DNA from: an uncultured Dietzia sp.
Lineage (GTDB): Bacteria; Actinomycetota; Actinomycetes; Mycobacteriales; Mycobacteriaceae
DNA: 64,000 bases
Direction of reading: 5' to 3'
NCBI RefSeq assembly: GCF_937873725.1
Contig: NZ_CALMYY010000030.1
Span: forward strand, 2,157 to 66,156
Position numbers and translations under genes: made by a program. Positions within the stretch are counted from its first letter, which is position 1. Each line of letters opens with the position of its first letter. The notes beneath the pieces were generated by a model that did no database searches, was not told where the DNA came from, and saw only the letters and a list, made by a program, of their open reading frames with translations. This document shows, in pieces, positions 31,429-39,362 of the stretch.

Positions 31429-32427
31429 GTGTCGGGCTACCCTGATCCGGTGACCCAGCTACCCGACCCCGGCCCCACGGGCGGCGAGCGCCACCCGAGC
31501 ATCGTCGATCGGATCGCCGCGTCGACCACCCCGAGGGTGCCGTTCTCAGTGGAGTTCTACCCGCCCCGCGACGAGGCCGCCGAGGAGCGTCTCTGGCGCG
31601 CGGCGTCCGTGTTCTCCGAGCTCGGAGCGGCGTTCGTCTCCGTCACGTACGGGGCCGGCGGGTCCACCCGCGACCGCACCGTCAAGGTGGTGGAACGGGT
31701 GGTCCGGGAAACCGATCTGCTGCCGATCGCCCATCTCACCGCGGTGGGCCACACCGTCGCTGAGCTGCGCGAGATGATCCAGCTGTACGCCGACGTCGGC
31801 GTCTCCAACATCCTCGCGCTCCGCGGCGACCCGCCGGGGGACCCGTTGGGGGACTGGACGCCGCATCCCGACGGCCTGCACTACGCGGAGGAGCTCGTCC
31901 GGCTGATCCACGAGGTCGGCGACTTCCACGTGGGTGTCGCCTCGTTCCCGGAGGGGCACTACCGGGCGCGCGATCTGGACCATGACACGGAGGTCCTCAC
32001 CACCAAGCTGCGCGCGGGGGCCGAGTACTCGATCACCCAGATGTTCTGGGACGTCGAGCACTACCTCCGGTTGCGGGACCGGGTGGCGGCCGTCGACGCC
32101 GAGCAGGCCGCCAAGCCGATCATCCCGGGTCTCATGCCCGTCACGAGCCTGCGCCAGGTCCGCAGGATGGTGGAACTGTCCGGGTGCGAGCTGCCCGCCG
32201 GGTTGTCCGAGCGACTGCGCAGGGCGGCGGGGGACGGGCCGGAGGAGAACCGGGCGGCGGTGCGCGAGGTGGGCATCGGGTTCGCCACGCAACTCTGCGA
32301 GCGGTTGATCGCCGAGGGCGTGCCCTGCCTGCACTTCAACACCCTGAACTTCTCCCGTGCGACCCACGAGGTCCTGACCAACCTGTCGATGGTCCCCTCG
32401 ACAGGCGTGGGGGCGGCCAGGTCCTGA
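31429..32427 (+). CDS. metF: methylenetetrahydrofolate reductase
   Basis: FSVEFYPPRDEAAEERLW...VTYGAGGSTR. Synteny with Rv2172c. Start is GTG 31429 or GTG 31450. Confidence 0.88.
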   Translation: MSGYPDPVTQLPDPGPTGGERHPSIVDRIAASTTPRVPFSVEFYPPRDEAAEERLWRAASVFSELGAAFVSVTYGAGGSTRDRTVKVVERVVRETDLLPIAHLTAVGHTVAELREMIQLYADVGVSNILALRGDPPGDPLGDWTPHPDGLHYAEELVRLIHEVGDFHVGVASFPEGHYRARDLDHDTEVLTTKLRAGAEYSITQMFWDVEHYLRLRDRVAAVDAEQAAKPIIPGLMPVTSLRQVRRMVELSGCELPAGLSERLRRAAGDGPEENRAAVREVGIGFATQLCERLIAEGVPCLHFNTLNFSRATHEVLTNLSMVPSTGVGAARS

Positions 32428-32467
32428 CGCGGTCGGCCGGATCGGCGACCGGCCCGCGCGCCTCGGG

Positions 32468-33196
32468 TCAGCGCACCAATCGGTCGGCGCGTGCGCGCGA
32501 GGTCCGCGCCGCCAGGATCGTGCCGATCGAGACGACCAGCGCCGCACCGATCCCCACGATCATCCACACCGCGAACCCGCGTGCCGCCGGGTCCGGATAG
32601 GACGACGACGCCTGCATCCGGGTGATCGAGCCCGGCGCGGGACTCCAGCTCACGGAGTTGCGCGCGCCGATCGTCCCGTTGGTCTCGCTGATCCGGTTGG
32701 GGAAGGTCAGGTCGACCCGGGTGGTGGCGGTCTGGGCGCGGTCCGCCGGGATCCCGGAGAGGTCCACCGAGCCGCTGAAGGACACCGTGTCCCCGCTGCG
32801 GCGGAACCCCAGGCTGTACGGCCGGGCGCCCTCGATGTCGATCGCCAGGGACAACGCGTCCACCTCGGCGAAGGTCAGCTGGGTGAAGTAGATCTCCTTG
32901 CCGCGGAAGCCGTCGGCGGAGTACTCGGTGATGCGGACCTTCTGTTCCAGGCCGGAGGGGGTGGAGAGTCGGTCCAGCGCGGCGGCCTGGGCCGGTTGGT
33001 CCCCGGCCACGAGGATCCGGCCGGAGATGGTGTCGTCCTTGCGCACGCTCATCTGGGCGTTGAGCTGCAGGCACCCGGTGAGGACGAACATCATCGTGAC
33101 GAGGGCGGCCACACCCGCGAGTCGGCGCGGCACACGGGCGGTGCCGCCGGACGCGGAGGCGGTCGGGGTGGGGCTCGGCTCTGTCACGGTCGTCAT
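32468..33196 (-). CDS. lppM: lipoprotein LppM
   Basis: 242 aa from ATG 33196. Lipobox VLTGC and a C-terminal TM helix. Synteny with Rv2171. ATGA overlap with the upstream oxidoreductase stop. The 504-aa ORF extension is R/P-rich junk. Confidence 0.8.
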   Translation of the reverse strand: MTTVTEPSPTPTASASGGTARVPRRLAGVAALVTMMFVLTGCLQLNAQMSVRKDDTISGRILVAGDQPAQAAALDRLSTPSGLEQKVRITEYSADGFRGKEIYFTQLTFAEVDALSLAIDIEGARPYSLGFRRSGDTVSFSGSVDLSGIPADRAQTATTRVDLTFPNRISETNGTIGARNSVSWSPAPGSITRMQASSSYPDPAARGFAVWMIVGIGAALVVSIGTILAARTSRARADRLVR

Positions 33197-34779
33197 TGTG
33201 CCCGCGTACGCCGCCGGTGCCGAGTCGACGTGCCGAGCCGACGACCGACGAGGCGGGCGACGGTCCGGCCGCTGGTGCCGATGACGCCCCCGCCGGGGTG
33301 GGTCGACGCGCCCGCGAGGAAGACCCCCTCGGCCCCGGGGACGGTGTGCCCGGCCAGGTCCGGGTGGGGACGCATGGGCAGCATCTGGTCCAGCGACATC
33401 TCCACGTGCATCACGTTGCCGCCGATCAACCCCAGTTCCGTCTCCAGGTCCTCGGGGGTCTGGACGTGGCGGTGGACGATCGAGTCGGTCAGTCCCGGGG
33501 CGAAGCGTTCCGCCGCCGCGATGATCCGGTCCGCCTCCTCCGGACCCGCCTCGGACCAGCTCCGGCCGTCGGCCAGGTTCCGGGGGTGCCACTGCGACCA
33601 CAGGGTCAGTTCGTGTCGTCCCGAGGGTGCCAGCGTCGGGTCGAGCGCGCTGAAGCTCATGGCCAGGACGGCGGGGTCGGCGTCTAGCCCGCCGGCGGCG
33701 GCCACCCCGTGGCGACGGTCCAGGATCCGACGGTCGGTGACGAGGAGTTGGAGCCCGTGCGCGCTGGTGGAGGGGTCCACGCCCGGGTAGCGGGGCAGGT
33801 CGGTGGTCCCGAGCCTCACCACCATCCCCAACCCGAACCCGGGGCGGATCCGACGGCGCCAGGCATCGAGACGACCCGCCGGGAGCTCGTGGGAAAGAAG
33901 GTCCAGGGTGGTGTGGACGTGGCAGGCCGCGATGACGGCCGAGCAGTACAGCGCCCTCCCGTCCACCGTGTCGACACGCCATCCCCCGCCGGATCGACGG
34001 ATCGCGGTCGCACCCGCCCCCGCCGTGACCGAGCCGCCGTTCGAGCGGACGACGGACACGAGTGCCTCGGCGAGCGCCCCCGACCCCCCGACGGCGCGGC
34101 CGGGGGGGATGCGGTGCATGAGGGCGGCGAACCCGATCATCGGTGCCGTGGCCGGGTGGGACATGGGCGGCCCGGACTGGGCCCCGAACCAGGACAGCGC
34201 GGCCTTGAGCCGCTCCGAGGCGAAGGTGGCGTCGAGGAGCGCGTCACCGGAGGACAGGAAGGTCTGGACGGCCCCGAAGGGGTCCCGGAGGTCGTCCGCC
34301 CCGAGGAACGCCGAGCCCAGCCCCGCGGCCGTGGGTCGGACCCCGAATCCCTTCATCATGCGGCCGGCCAGGACGTCCCACCGGTGGACGAAGCTCCGGT
34401 AGGCGTCCGCATCGGCCTTCCCGCAGGCCGCGGCGATGCTCGCGCAGGTGGCCTCGAGGTCGCGGTGGAAGACGATCGGGGGGGAGTCGCTCCCCGGTGG
34501 TGCGGGGGCGAACCCCCACGGGTCGCAGTCGATGTAGCGGAGGCCGTGGGCGGCGAGATCCAGCTCCTCGAGGATGCCGGTGTGCCGGATCATGAGGTGC
34601 GCCGACGACCCGCGATCCGTGCGATGGCCCGGGTAGCGCTCGACGGTCGACGTCGCGCCGCCGAGGACCGTGTCCTTCTCGACCACGTGCACGTCGAGCC
34701 CCCACCGCGAGAGGTAGGCGGCGGAGATCAGGCCGTTGTGTCCGGACCCGATCACCACGACGTCAGGACGGTTGCTCAC
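33193..34779 (-). CDS. NAD(P)/FAD-dependent oxidoreductase, phytoene-desaturase (CrtI) family
   Basis: N-terminal DVVVIGSGHNGLISAAYLSRWGLDVHVVEKDTVLGGA dinucleotide-binding fold. 528 aa. Confidence 0.85.
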   Translation of the reverse strand: MSNRPDVVVIGSGHNGLISAAYLSRWGLDVHVVEKDTVLGGATSTVERYPGHRTDRGSSAHLMIRHTGILEELDLAAHGLRYIDCDPWGFAPAPPGSDSPPIVFHRDLEATCASIAAACGKADADAYRSFVHRWDVLAGRMMKGFGVRPTAAGLGSAFLGADDLRDPFGAVQTFLSSGDALLDATFASERLKAALSWFGAQSGPPMSHPATAPMIGFAALMHRIPPGRAVGGSGALAEALVSVVRSNGGSVTAGAGATAIRRSGGGWRVDTVDGRALYCSAVIAACHVHTTLDLLSHELPAGRLDAWRRRIRPGFGLGMVVRLGTTDLPRYPGVDPSTSAHGLQLLVTDRRILDRRHGVAAAGGLDADPAVLAMSFSALDPTLAPSGRHELTLWSQWHPRNLADGRSWSEAGPEEADRIIAAAERFAPGLTDSIVHRHVQTPEDLETELGLIGGNVMHVEMSLDQMLPMRPHPDLAGHTVPGAEGVFLAGASTHPGGGVIGTSGRTVARLVGRRLGTSTRHRRRTRAQ

Positions 34780-35371
34780 GCGGACCTCCGGGCTCGGTGA
34801 GTGGGAGCGGTCGCGACAGGACGGCGAACGGCCGCGGGTCGCCCTCGAACCTGTACGACCGGAGCACGTCCGTGAAGTCCATCGACCGGTACAGGCGCCA
34901 GGCCCCGTTGGACTCGTCGTCGACCTCCGGGGTCGAGAGGAGGACGCTCCGTTCGGGTCGCCCGGAGAGGAACTCCCGGAGCAGGGCGGTGCCGATACCG
35001 CGCCCCTGATACCTGGGGGAGACGTGGAGCTCCGTGAGTTCGACGTAGTCGGCGGGCAACTCCCGGTCCTGCTCGCGTAGCCCCTGCGACACCTGCTCGT
35101 ACCACCACTGTCCGGGGCCGCCCCTGTAGCCGTAGCAGATCGCGATCAGGCGTCCGCGGGTGTGCCCGAGCAGCCGACGCCGGGGGGACTCGAACGCCGC
35201 GACGCCCGACCATCCCTCGCGGTGGCTGTGCTCCAACCACGCCGGTGCGCGCGTCCGGACCACCTGGGGCGGGTAGCCCATGGCGTCGACGTAGACGCCG
35301 AGTGCCTCGGGCAGTCGGTCACGGAAGTCCCCGGCGTCCAGCCGGGCGATCACGGTGTCCATCCACCACAT
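34763..35371 (-). CDS. GNAT-family N-acetyltransferase
   Basis: 202 aa from ATG 35371 (or ATG 35362). Acetyl-CoA motif HVSPRYQGRGIGTALL. Synteny with Rv2170. Overlaps the downstream gene by 17 nt. Confidence 0.85.
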   Translation of the reverse strand: MWWMDTVIARLDAGDFRDRLPEALGVYVDAMGYPPQVVRTRAPAWLEHSHREGWSGVAAFESPRRRLLGHTRGRLIAICYGYRGGPGQWWYEQVSQGLREQDRELPADYVELTELHVSPRYQGRGIGTALLREFLSGRPERSVLLSTPEVDDESNGAWRLYRSMDFTDVLRSYRFEGDPRPFAVLSRPLPLTEPGGPREQPS

Positions 35372-35455
35372 CTCACCACGGACGGGCCCCGCCGACCCCG
35401 TGTTGTGTCGGACCCCGGTTATACGGTGCGGGCCAGAAGGGGAGGTGCAGCAGAG

Positions 35456-35860
35456 ATGACAGTGAAAGTCGACGGTCGGGGTCCGGGCGGGGGTGCCCTC
35501 GGATCCCTGTCGCGGGCGGGGCGCGCCGAGGTGCTGCGCGGTCGGGCCGTGGCCGCGCACTCTCCCGCCGAGCGGTTCCTCGAGGCGTATCGCGCCGCCC
35601 GCACCGCCGCCTCGGCGCTCCTGGCCCCGGGCCCACGTCGCCGCGGGCCGTCGGACGTGTGGCACAGGCTCGCCGCGGAGGTTCCGGAAATGGGGGAATG
35701 GGCGGCCGCGTTCGGCGGGTATTCGACTCTCGCCGCCGCGGTGGAGGACGGTCTCCCTCGCACCGTGACGGCCCGGATGGCTGATGATTTCCTGTGGGCG
35801 GTCGGGCGGTTTCTCGACCTGGTCGACGAGCGGCTGGGGGTCCTGGGTCCCGCGGCGTGA
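35456..35860 (+). CDS. SAV_6107-family HEPN-like protein (putative)
   Basis: 134 aa; ATG follows GAAGGGGAGG. AERFLEAYRAARTAASALL...VWHRLAAEVPEMGEWAAAF...ADDFLWAVGRFL resembles the dcw-adjacent actinobacterial family as I recall it. It contains RGPSDVWH (R-x6-H). Confidence 0.55.
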   Translation: MTVKVDGRGPGGGALGSLSRAGRAEVLRGRAVAAHSPAERFLEAYRAARTAASALLAPGPRRRGPSDVWHRLAAEVPEMGEWAAAFGGYSTLAAAVEDGLPRTVTARMADDFLWAVGRFLDLVDERLGVLGPAA

Positions 35861-36038
35861 GGATCCGGGAGCGGGTGCCGGGGGCGGCGGTGTCCGTCCC
35901 GCAGATCTTGGTGGTCTCCGCAGCGTTGCACTCGTATGATGGGGGGAACCCTTGACCGGTTGATCCCCCGTTGGCGGTCGACGTCATACGGCCCACTCGG
36001 CCGAGCTCGTACCCCGCGAGCGACTAGAGGAGGTCGAA

Positions 36039-36449
36039 GTGCCCCTGTCCGAGCACGAGCAGCGCATGCTCGACGAGATCGAGAGCGCGCTCTACGCCGA
36101 CGACCCCAAGTTCGCGTCGTCCGTCCGAAAGACCCGGGCGGCCGGTCCCCGTCGACCTGCGGCCCTGGTGGTCGTGTTGGGCATCGTGGGCGTGGGCCTC
36201 CTCGTGGGTGGGCTCGCACTCAGCGGCAGGACCGGGGGCTTCCCCGTGCTCAGCCTCGTGGGCTTCCTCGTGATGTTCGCCGCGGGAGTGCTCGCGCTGC
36301 GCTCGACGCCGCCCAAGGGCGCGTCGGCGCCCGGACGGGGTGGCGGCGCGCGGGTGCCGGGTGCCGGGAAGGCGTCCCCCAAGAGCGCCGGCGGCCGGTC
36401 GTACTCGTCCCGCATGGAGGACCGGTTCCGCCGACGGTTCGAGCAGTAG
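36039..36449 (+). CDS. DUF3040 membrane protein (Rv2169c-like)
   Basis: Hallmark N-terminus (V)PLSEHEQRMLDEIESALYADDPKF followed by two TM helices. GTG follows GAGGAGG. Confidence 0.85.
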   Translation: MPLSEHEQRMLDEIESALYADDPKFASSVRKTRAAGPRRPAALVVVLGIVGVGLLVGGLALSGRTGGFPVLSLVGFLVMFAAGVLALRSTPPKGASAPGRGGGARVPGAGKASPKSAGGRSYSSRMEDRFRRRFEQ

Positions 36450-36477
36450 CCACGTAGTCCCCGATTCCGTCCCGGGA

Positions 36478-36503
36478 GGGGCGAGCGCACCAGCGCTCGC
36501 CCC
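36478..36503 (+). terminator. intrinsic terminator after the DUF3040 gene
   Basis: GGGGCGAGCGC, loop ACCA, GCGCTCGCCCC gives a perfect 11-bp stem, followed by TTCCGCCGATTTC. Confidence 0.6.
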
Positions 36504-36558
36504 TTCCGCCGATTTCGGGGCCCGGTTCCGCCGCGGCGCGTCCCCGCCGGACCCTGGT

Positions 36559-36599
36559 GCCCCACCACGCCCCACCACCGGTCACCACTTCGCCCCACC
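36559..36599 (-). repeat. cluster of three GCCCCACC boxes (reverse complement of the mraZ-proximal GTGGGG box)
   Basis: GCCCCACC occurs at 36559, 36569 and 36592. CCACCAC/TCACCAC occurs at 36562, 36572 and 36582 on a 10-bp step. Confidence 0.6.
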
Positions 36600-36748
36600 G
36601 TCGGTGACACATGGCTCTCGATTGTGTGAAATCGTCCCAACTGACCCAGGGGAACGGTGTGATTCCGGACGTTCGGGCGGCGTGCCACGGCGTGGATCTC
36701 CAGAAACCCGCCCGCAATATGGCCTATGAACTGCATCGATGTAACTCG

Positions 36749-36804
36749 GTGGGGCGAAGTGGGGCACAGGCCTTGAATGTGGGGCGTTGTGGGGTACAGT
36801 GGGG
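36749..36804 (+). promoter_or_regulatory. array of five GTGGGG boxes in 10-bp phase; candidate MraZ operator in the dcw promoter
   Basis: GTGGGG starts at 36749, 36759, 36779, 36789 and 36799 (spacings 10, 20, 10, 10). The array lies 43-98 nt upstream of the mraZ GTG. Confidence 0.65.
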
Positions 36805-36846
36805 GACGCAAGGAGCTCGAAGGGCCTGAACCCCAGGAGGTGGCGG

Positions 36847-37323
36847 GTGACCGACGCCGATCCCGTCGACTCCGGACGTGAACGAGCCTTTGTCGGGTAC
36901 GGGACGCACCGTCCCAAACTCGACGACAAGGGGCGACTGACGATCCCCGCCCGATTCCGGCCAGGCCTGGCGGACGGGGTGGTCGTGTGTGGGTGGTTCA
37001 CCAACACGCTCTCGGTCTTCCCGGAGGACGAGTTCGACGCGCTGGTCAGAAAGGTCCGGCCGACCGCCAACCTCAGCGAGAGGCACATGGCGTTCTTCCG
37101 GCTCCTGGTGAGCGGCGCCGAAGTCCAGCAACTCGATTCGCAGGGGCGGGTGTCCATCCCGGCGAGTCAGCGGAACTACGCCGGTCTCGACAAGGACTGC
37201 GTCGTCAACGGTCTCGGGGAGCGTCTCGAGGTCTGGAACGCCGAGGCCTGGGATCGGTACAGCGCGGAGAACCTCCCCGTGTTCTCCGAGATGGAGGGCA
37301 CCTCCCTCGGGATCGAATTCTGA
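36847..37323 (+). CDS. mraZ: transcriptional regulator MraZ
   Basis: Two SpoVT/AbrB-like halves: DDKGRLTIPARFR and DSQGRVSIPASQR. GTG 36847 lies 6 nt after AGGAGG (36835-36840). The ORF-track TTG 36787 lies inside the repeat array. Confidence 0.9.
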   Translation: MTDADPVDSGRERAFVGYGTHRPKLDDKGRLTIPARFRPGLADGVVVCGWFTNTLSVFPEDEFDALVRKVRPTANLSERHMAFFRLLVSGAEVQQLDSQGRVSIPASQRNYAGLDKDCVVNGLGERLEVWNAEAWDRYSAENLPVFSEMEGTSLGIEF

Positions 37324-37499
37324 TCCCGCGGGGGAGAGGCCGGAACGACAGCACGGCCGCCCGCGACGGACGGAGCCCCCCGGCCCCTGCCCGGCACCAC
37401 CCTGACGTATTTCCCCAACGCCAGGTGGGTACCGGACGGGGACCAGGGGGCTCCACCACAACCGGGGCACCCACCACATCCGGACGCGAGGGAGGCGAG

Positions 37500-38522
37500 A
37501 TGGCAGGAGAGCCCGACGCCGACCGCGCCGCCGCGCGAGCGGGCCACGTCCCCGTCTTCCTCGACCGCACCATCGACCTGTTCCGCCCCGTCGTCGACGC
37601 CGCCCGCGCGGAGGGGCGTCGCCCGGTCATCGTCGACGGCACGTTGGGCCTGGGCGGCCACTCCTCGCATCTCCTCGCCGAGTTCGACCACCTGAGGATC
37701 GTCGGGGTCGACCGCGACCCGGAGGCCCTCGAGATGGCCACCCGCCGCCTCACCGCCTACCGTGACCGGTTCACCCCCGTCCACGCCCGCTTCGACGACT
37801 TCGATCGGATCGTGGAGAACCTCCCCGCCGACGCCCGGGACGAGGTCGGCCCGGCGATCGACGGCGTCCTGCTCGACCTCGGGGTGTCCTCGATGCAACT
37901 CGACGTGGCCGATCGGGGGTTCGCGTACTCGGTCGATTCGCCCCTCGACATGAGGATGGACCCCACCACGGGTCCGACGGCGGCCGACATCCTGGCCGAG
38001 TACACCCGTGACGACCTCTCCCGGATCTTCCGGGTGTACGGCGAGGAGCGGTTCGCGCGCCAGATCGCCGCGGCCGTCGTGCGTCGCCGGGATCACGACC
38101 CCGTCAGGACCAGCTCGCAGCTCGTCGAGCTCCTCTACGACACCATCCCCCACGGCGCGCGACGCACCGGCGGGCACCCCGGGAAACGGGTGTTCCAGGC
38201 GCTCCGGATCGAGGTCAACGCCGAGCTCGAGGCGGTGGAGAACGCCGTCCCCGGCTATCTCGACCTCCTCCGCCGCGGCGGGCGCGCGGTGTTCATGGCC
38301 TACCACTCGCTCGAGGACAAGATCGTCAAGCGCGAGCTGACCGCCCGCACCGCCTCCCGCACCCCGGCGGGCCTGCCGGTGGAGCTGCCCGGGCACGGGC
38401 CGGAGTTCGAGTCCGTGACCCGCGGCGCGGAGAAGGCGTCACAGGCGGAGATCGACCACAACCCGCGCTCGGCCTCGGTCCGGGTGCGCTGCGTCCGGCG
38501 CATCGACGGGAGAACCCCATGA
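37500..38522 (+). CDS. rsmH: 16S rRNA (cytosine1402-N4)-methyltransferase
   Basis: 340 aa from ATG 37500 after GAGGGAGG. Motifs DGTLGLGGHS and DLGVSSMQLD. Confidence 0.93.
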   Translation: MAGEPDADRAAARAGHVPVFLDRTIDLFRPVVDAARAEGRRPVIVDGTLGLGGHSSHLLAEFDHLRIVGVDRDPEALEMATRRLTAYRDRFTPVHARFDDFDRIVENLPADARDEVGPAIDGVLLDLGVSSMQLDVADRGFAYSVDSPLDMRMDPTTGPTAADILAEYTRDDLSRIFRVYGEERFARQIAAAVVRRRDHDPVRTSSQLVELLYDTIPHGARRTGGHPGKRVFQALRIEVNAELEAVENAVPGYLDLLRRGGRAVFMAYHSLEDKIVKRELTARTASRTPAGLPVELPGHGPEFESVTRGAEKASQAEIDHNPRSASVRVRCVRRIDGRTP

Positions 38523-39337
38523 CGAGAACGATCGACACGCCGGGGCGGGCCGAGGATTCGGACACCCGGACCGGGAGCCGGCCGGACGCCGTCGACGCGG
38601 CCTCCGAGCGGGTTCCGGGCGTCGTCGGATTGCGGCGCAAGCCGGTCACCCGCTCGGTTCGCGGCCGCCGCACGGTGGTGGTCCCCGCGCAACGGCTGAG
38701 TCCGGCAGACCTCGCGGGTCGAGTCCCCTTCGTCGTCGTCCTGCTCCTCCTCATCGGAACCGGCGTGGGCGGCACGCTCCTGTTGTCCGCCCAGACCACC
38801 CAGGACACCTACGACCTCAAGAACGCGCGCGACGCCAACGTCGAACTCGTCGAGCGGATGGAGGCGCTCCGGGCCTCCAACGAGCGGGCCCGGTCGGCGG
38901 AGGTCCTGGCCCAGCGCGCCGAGAAGCTGGGGATGGTCGGGGTGGCGAGCGCGCCGATCCTCACCCGGGGCTCGGACGGGGTGATCGAGGTGGTCGGGGA
39001 GCCCGACGCGAAGCTCGGCGCGCCGATCAAGCCGCTGCAGCCCGCTCCGGTAGCGTCCGGACCGTCGAGGTCCCCGGACCGGGGTCAGTTCGACGCACCG
39101 CCCGCGCAGGCCCCACAGGACCGCGCTCCGCGCGGGGTCGCACCAGTCCCGTATCCGCCCCTCGCCGGCCCACCGACACAGGTCGCGCCGCCGGCGCCGA
39201 TGCCCGCTCCGATCCCGCCGGCCTCCGTGCCCCCTGCGCCCCCCGGGGCCGTGGCGCCCGAACCGCCGGCGCCCGCGCCCGAGGCGCCGCGAGTCGACGC
39301 CGCGACGCTCGCCCCGGTACCCGGCCAGCTCTTCTGA
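38519..39337 (+). CDS. ftsL: cell division protein FtsL-like (Pro-rich C-terminus, Rv2164c-like)
   Basis: ATGA overlap with rsmH. A single TM (VPFVVVLLLLIGTGVGGTLLL) is followed by a coiled-coil segment and a P/A-rich tail. Confidence 0.8.
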   Translation: MTRTIDTPGRAEDSDTRTGSRPDAVDAASERVPGVVGLRRKPVTRSVRGRRTVVVPAQRLSPADLAGRVPFVVVLLLLIGTGVGGTLLLSAQTTQDTYDLKNARDANVELVERMEALRASNERARSAEVLAQRAEKLGMVGVASAPILTRGSDGVIEVVGEPDAKLGAPIKPLQPAPVASGPSRSPDRGQFDAPPAQAPQDRAPRGVAPVPYPPLAGPPTQVAPPAPMPAPIPPASVPPAPPGAVAPEPPAPAPEAPRVDAATLAPVPGQLF

Positions 39338-39362
39338 CGAACCGATCCCGAAAGGCCCCTCG

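Noticed and set aside
31357-31450. SAM or other riboswitch ahead of metF
   Set aside because: The divergent spacer is only about 70-90 nt, too short for a known SAM aptamer plus expression platform. No conserved riboswitch strings were recognised.
35861-36846. Insertion sequence between the DUF3040 gene and mraZ (by analogy with the IS6110 copy at this position in M. tuberculosis H37Rv)
   Set aside because: There is no transposase-like ORF, no terminal inverted repeats and no target duplication. The long spacer is instead explained by a terminator plus the phased GTGGGG/CCCCAC boxes.
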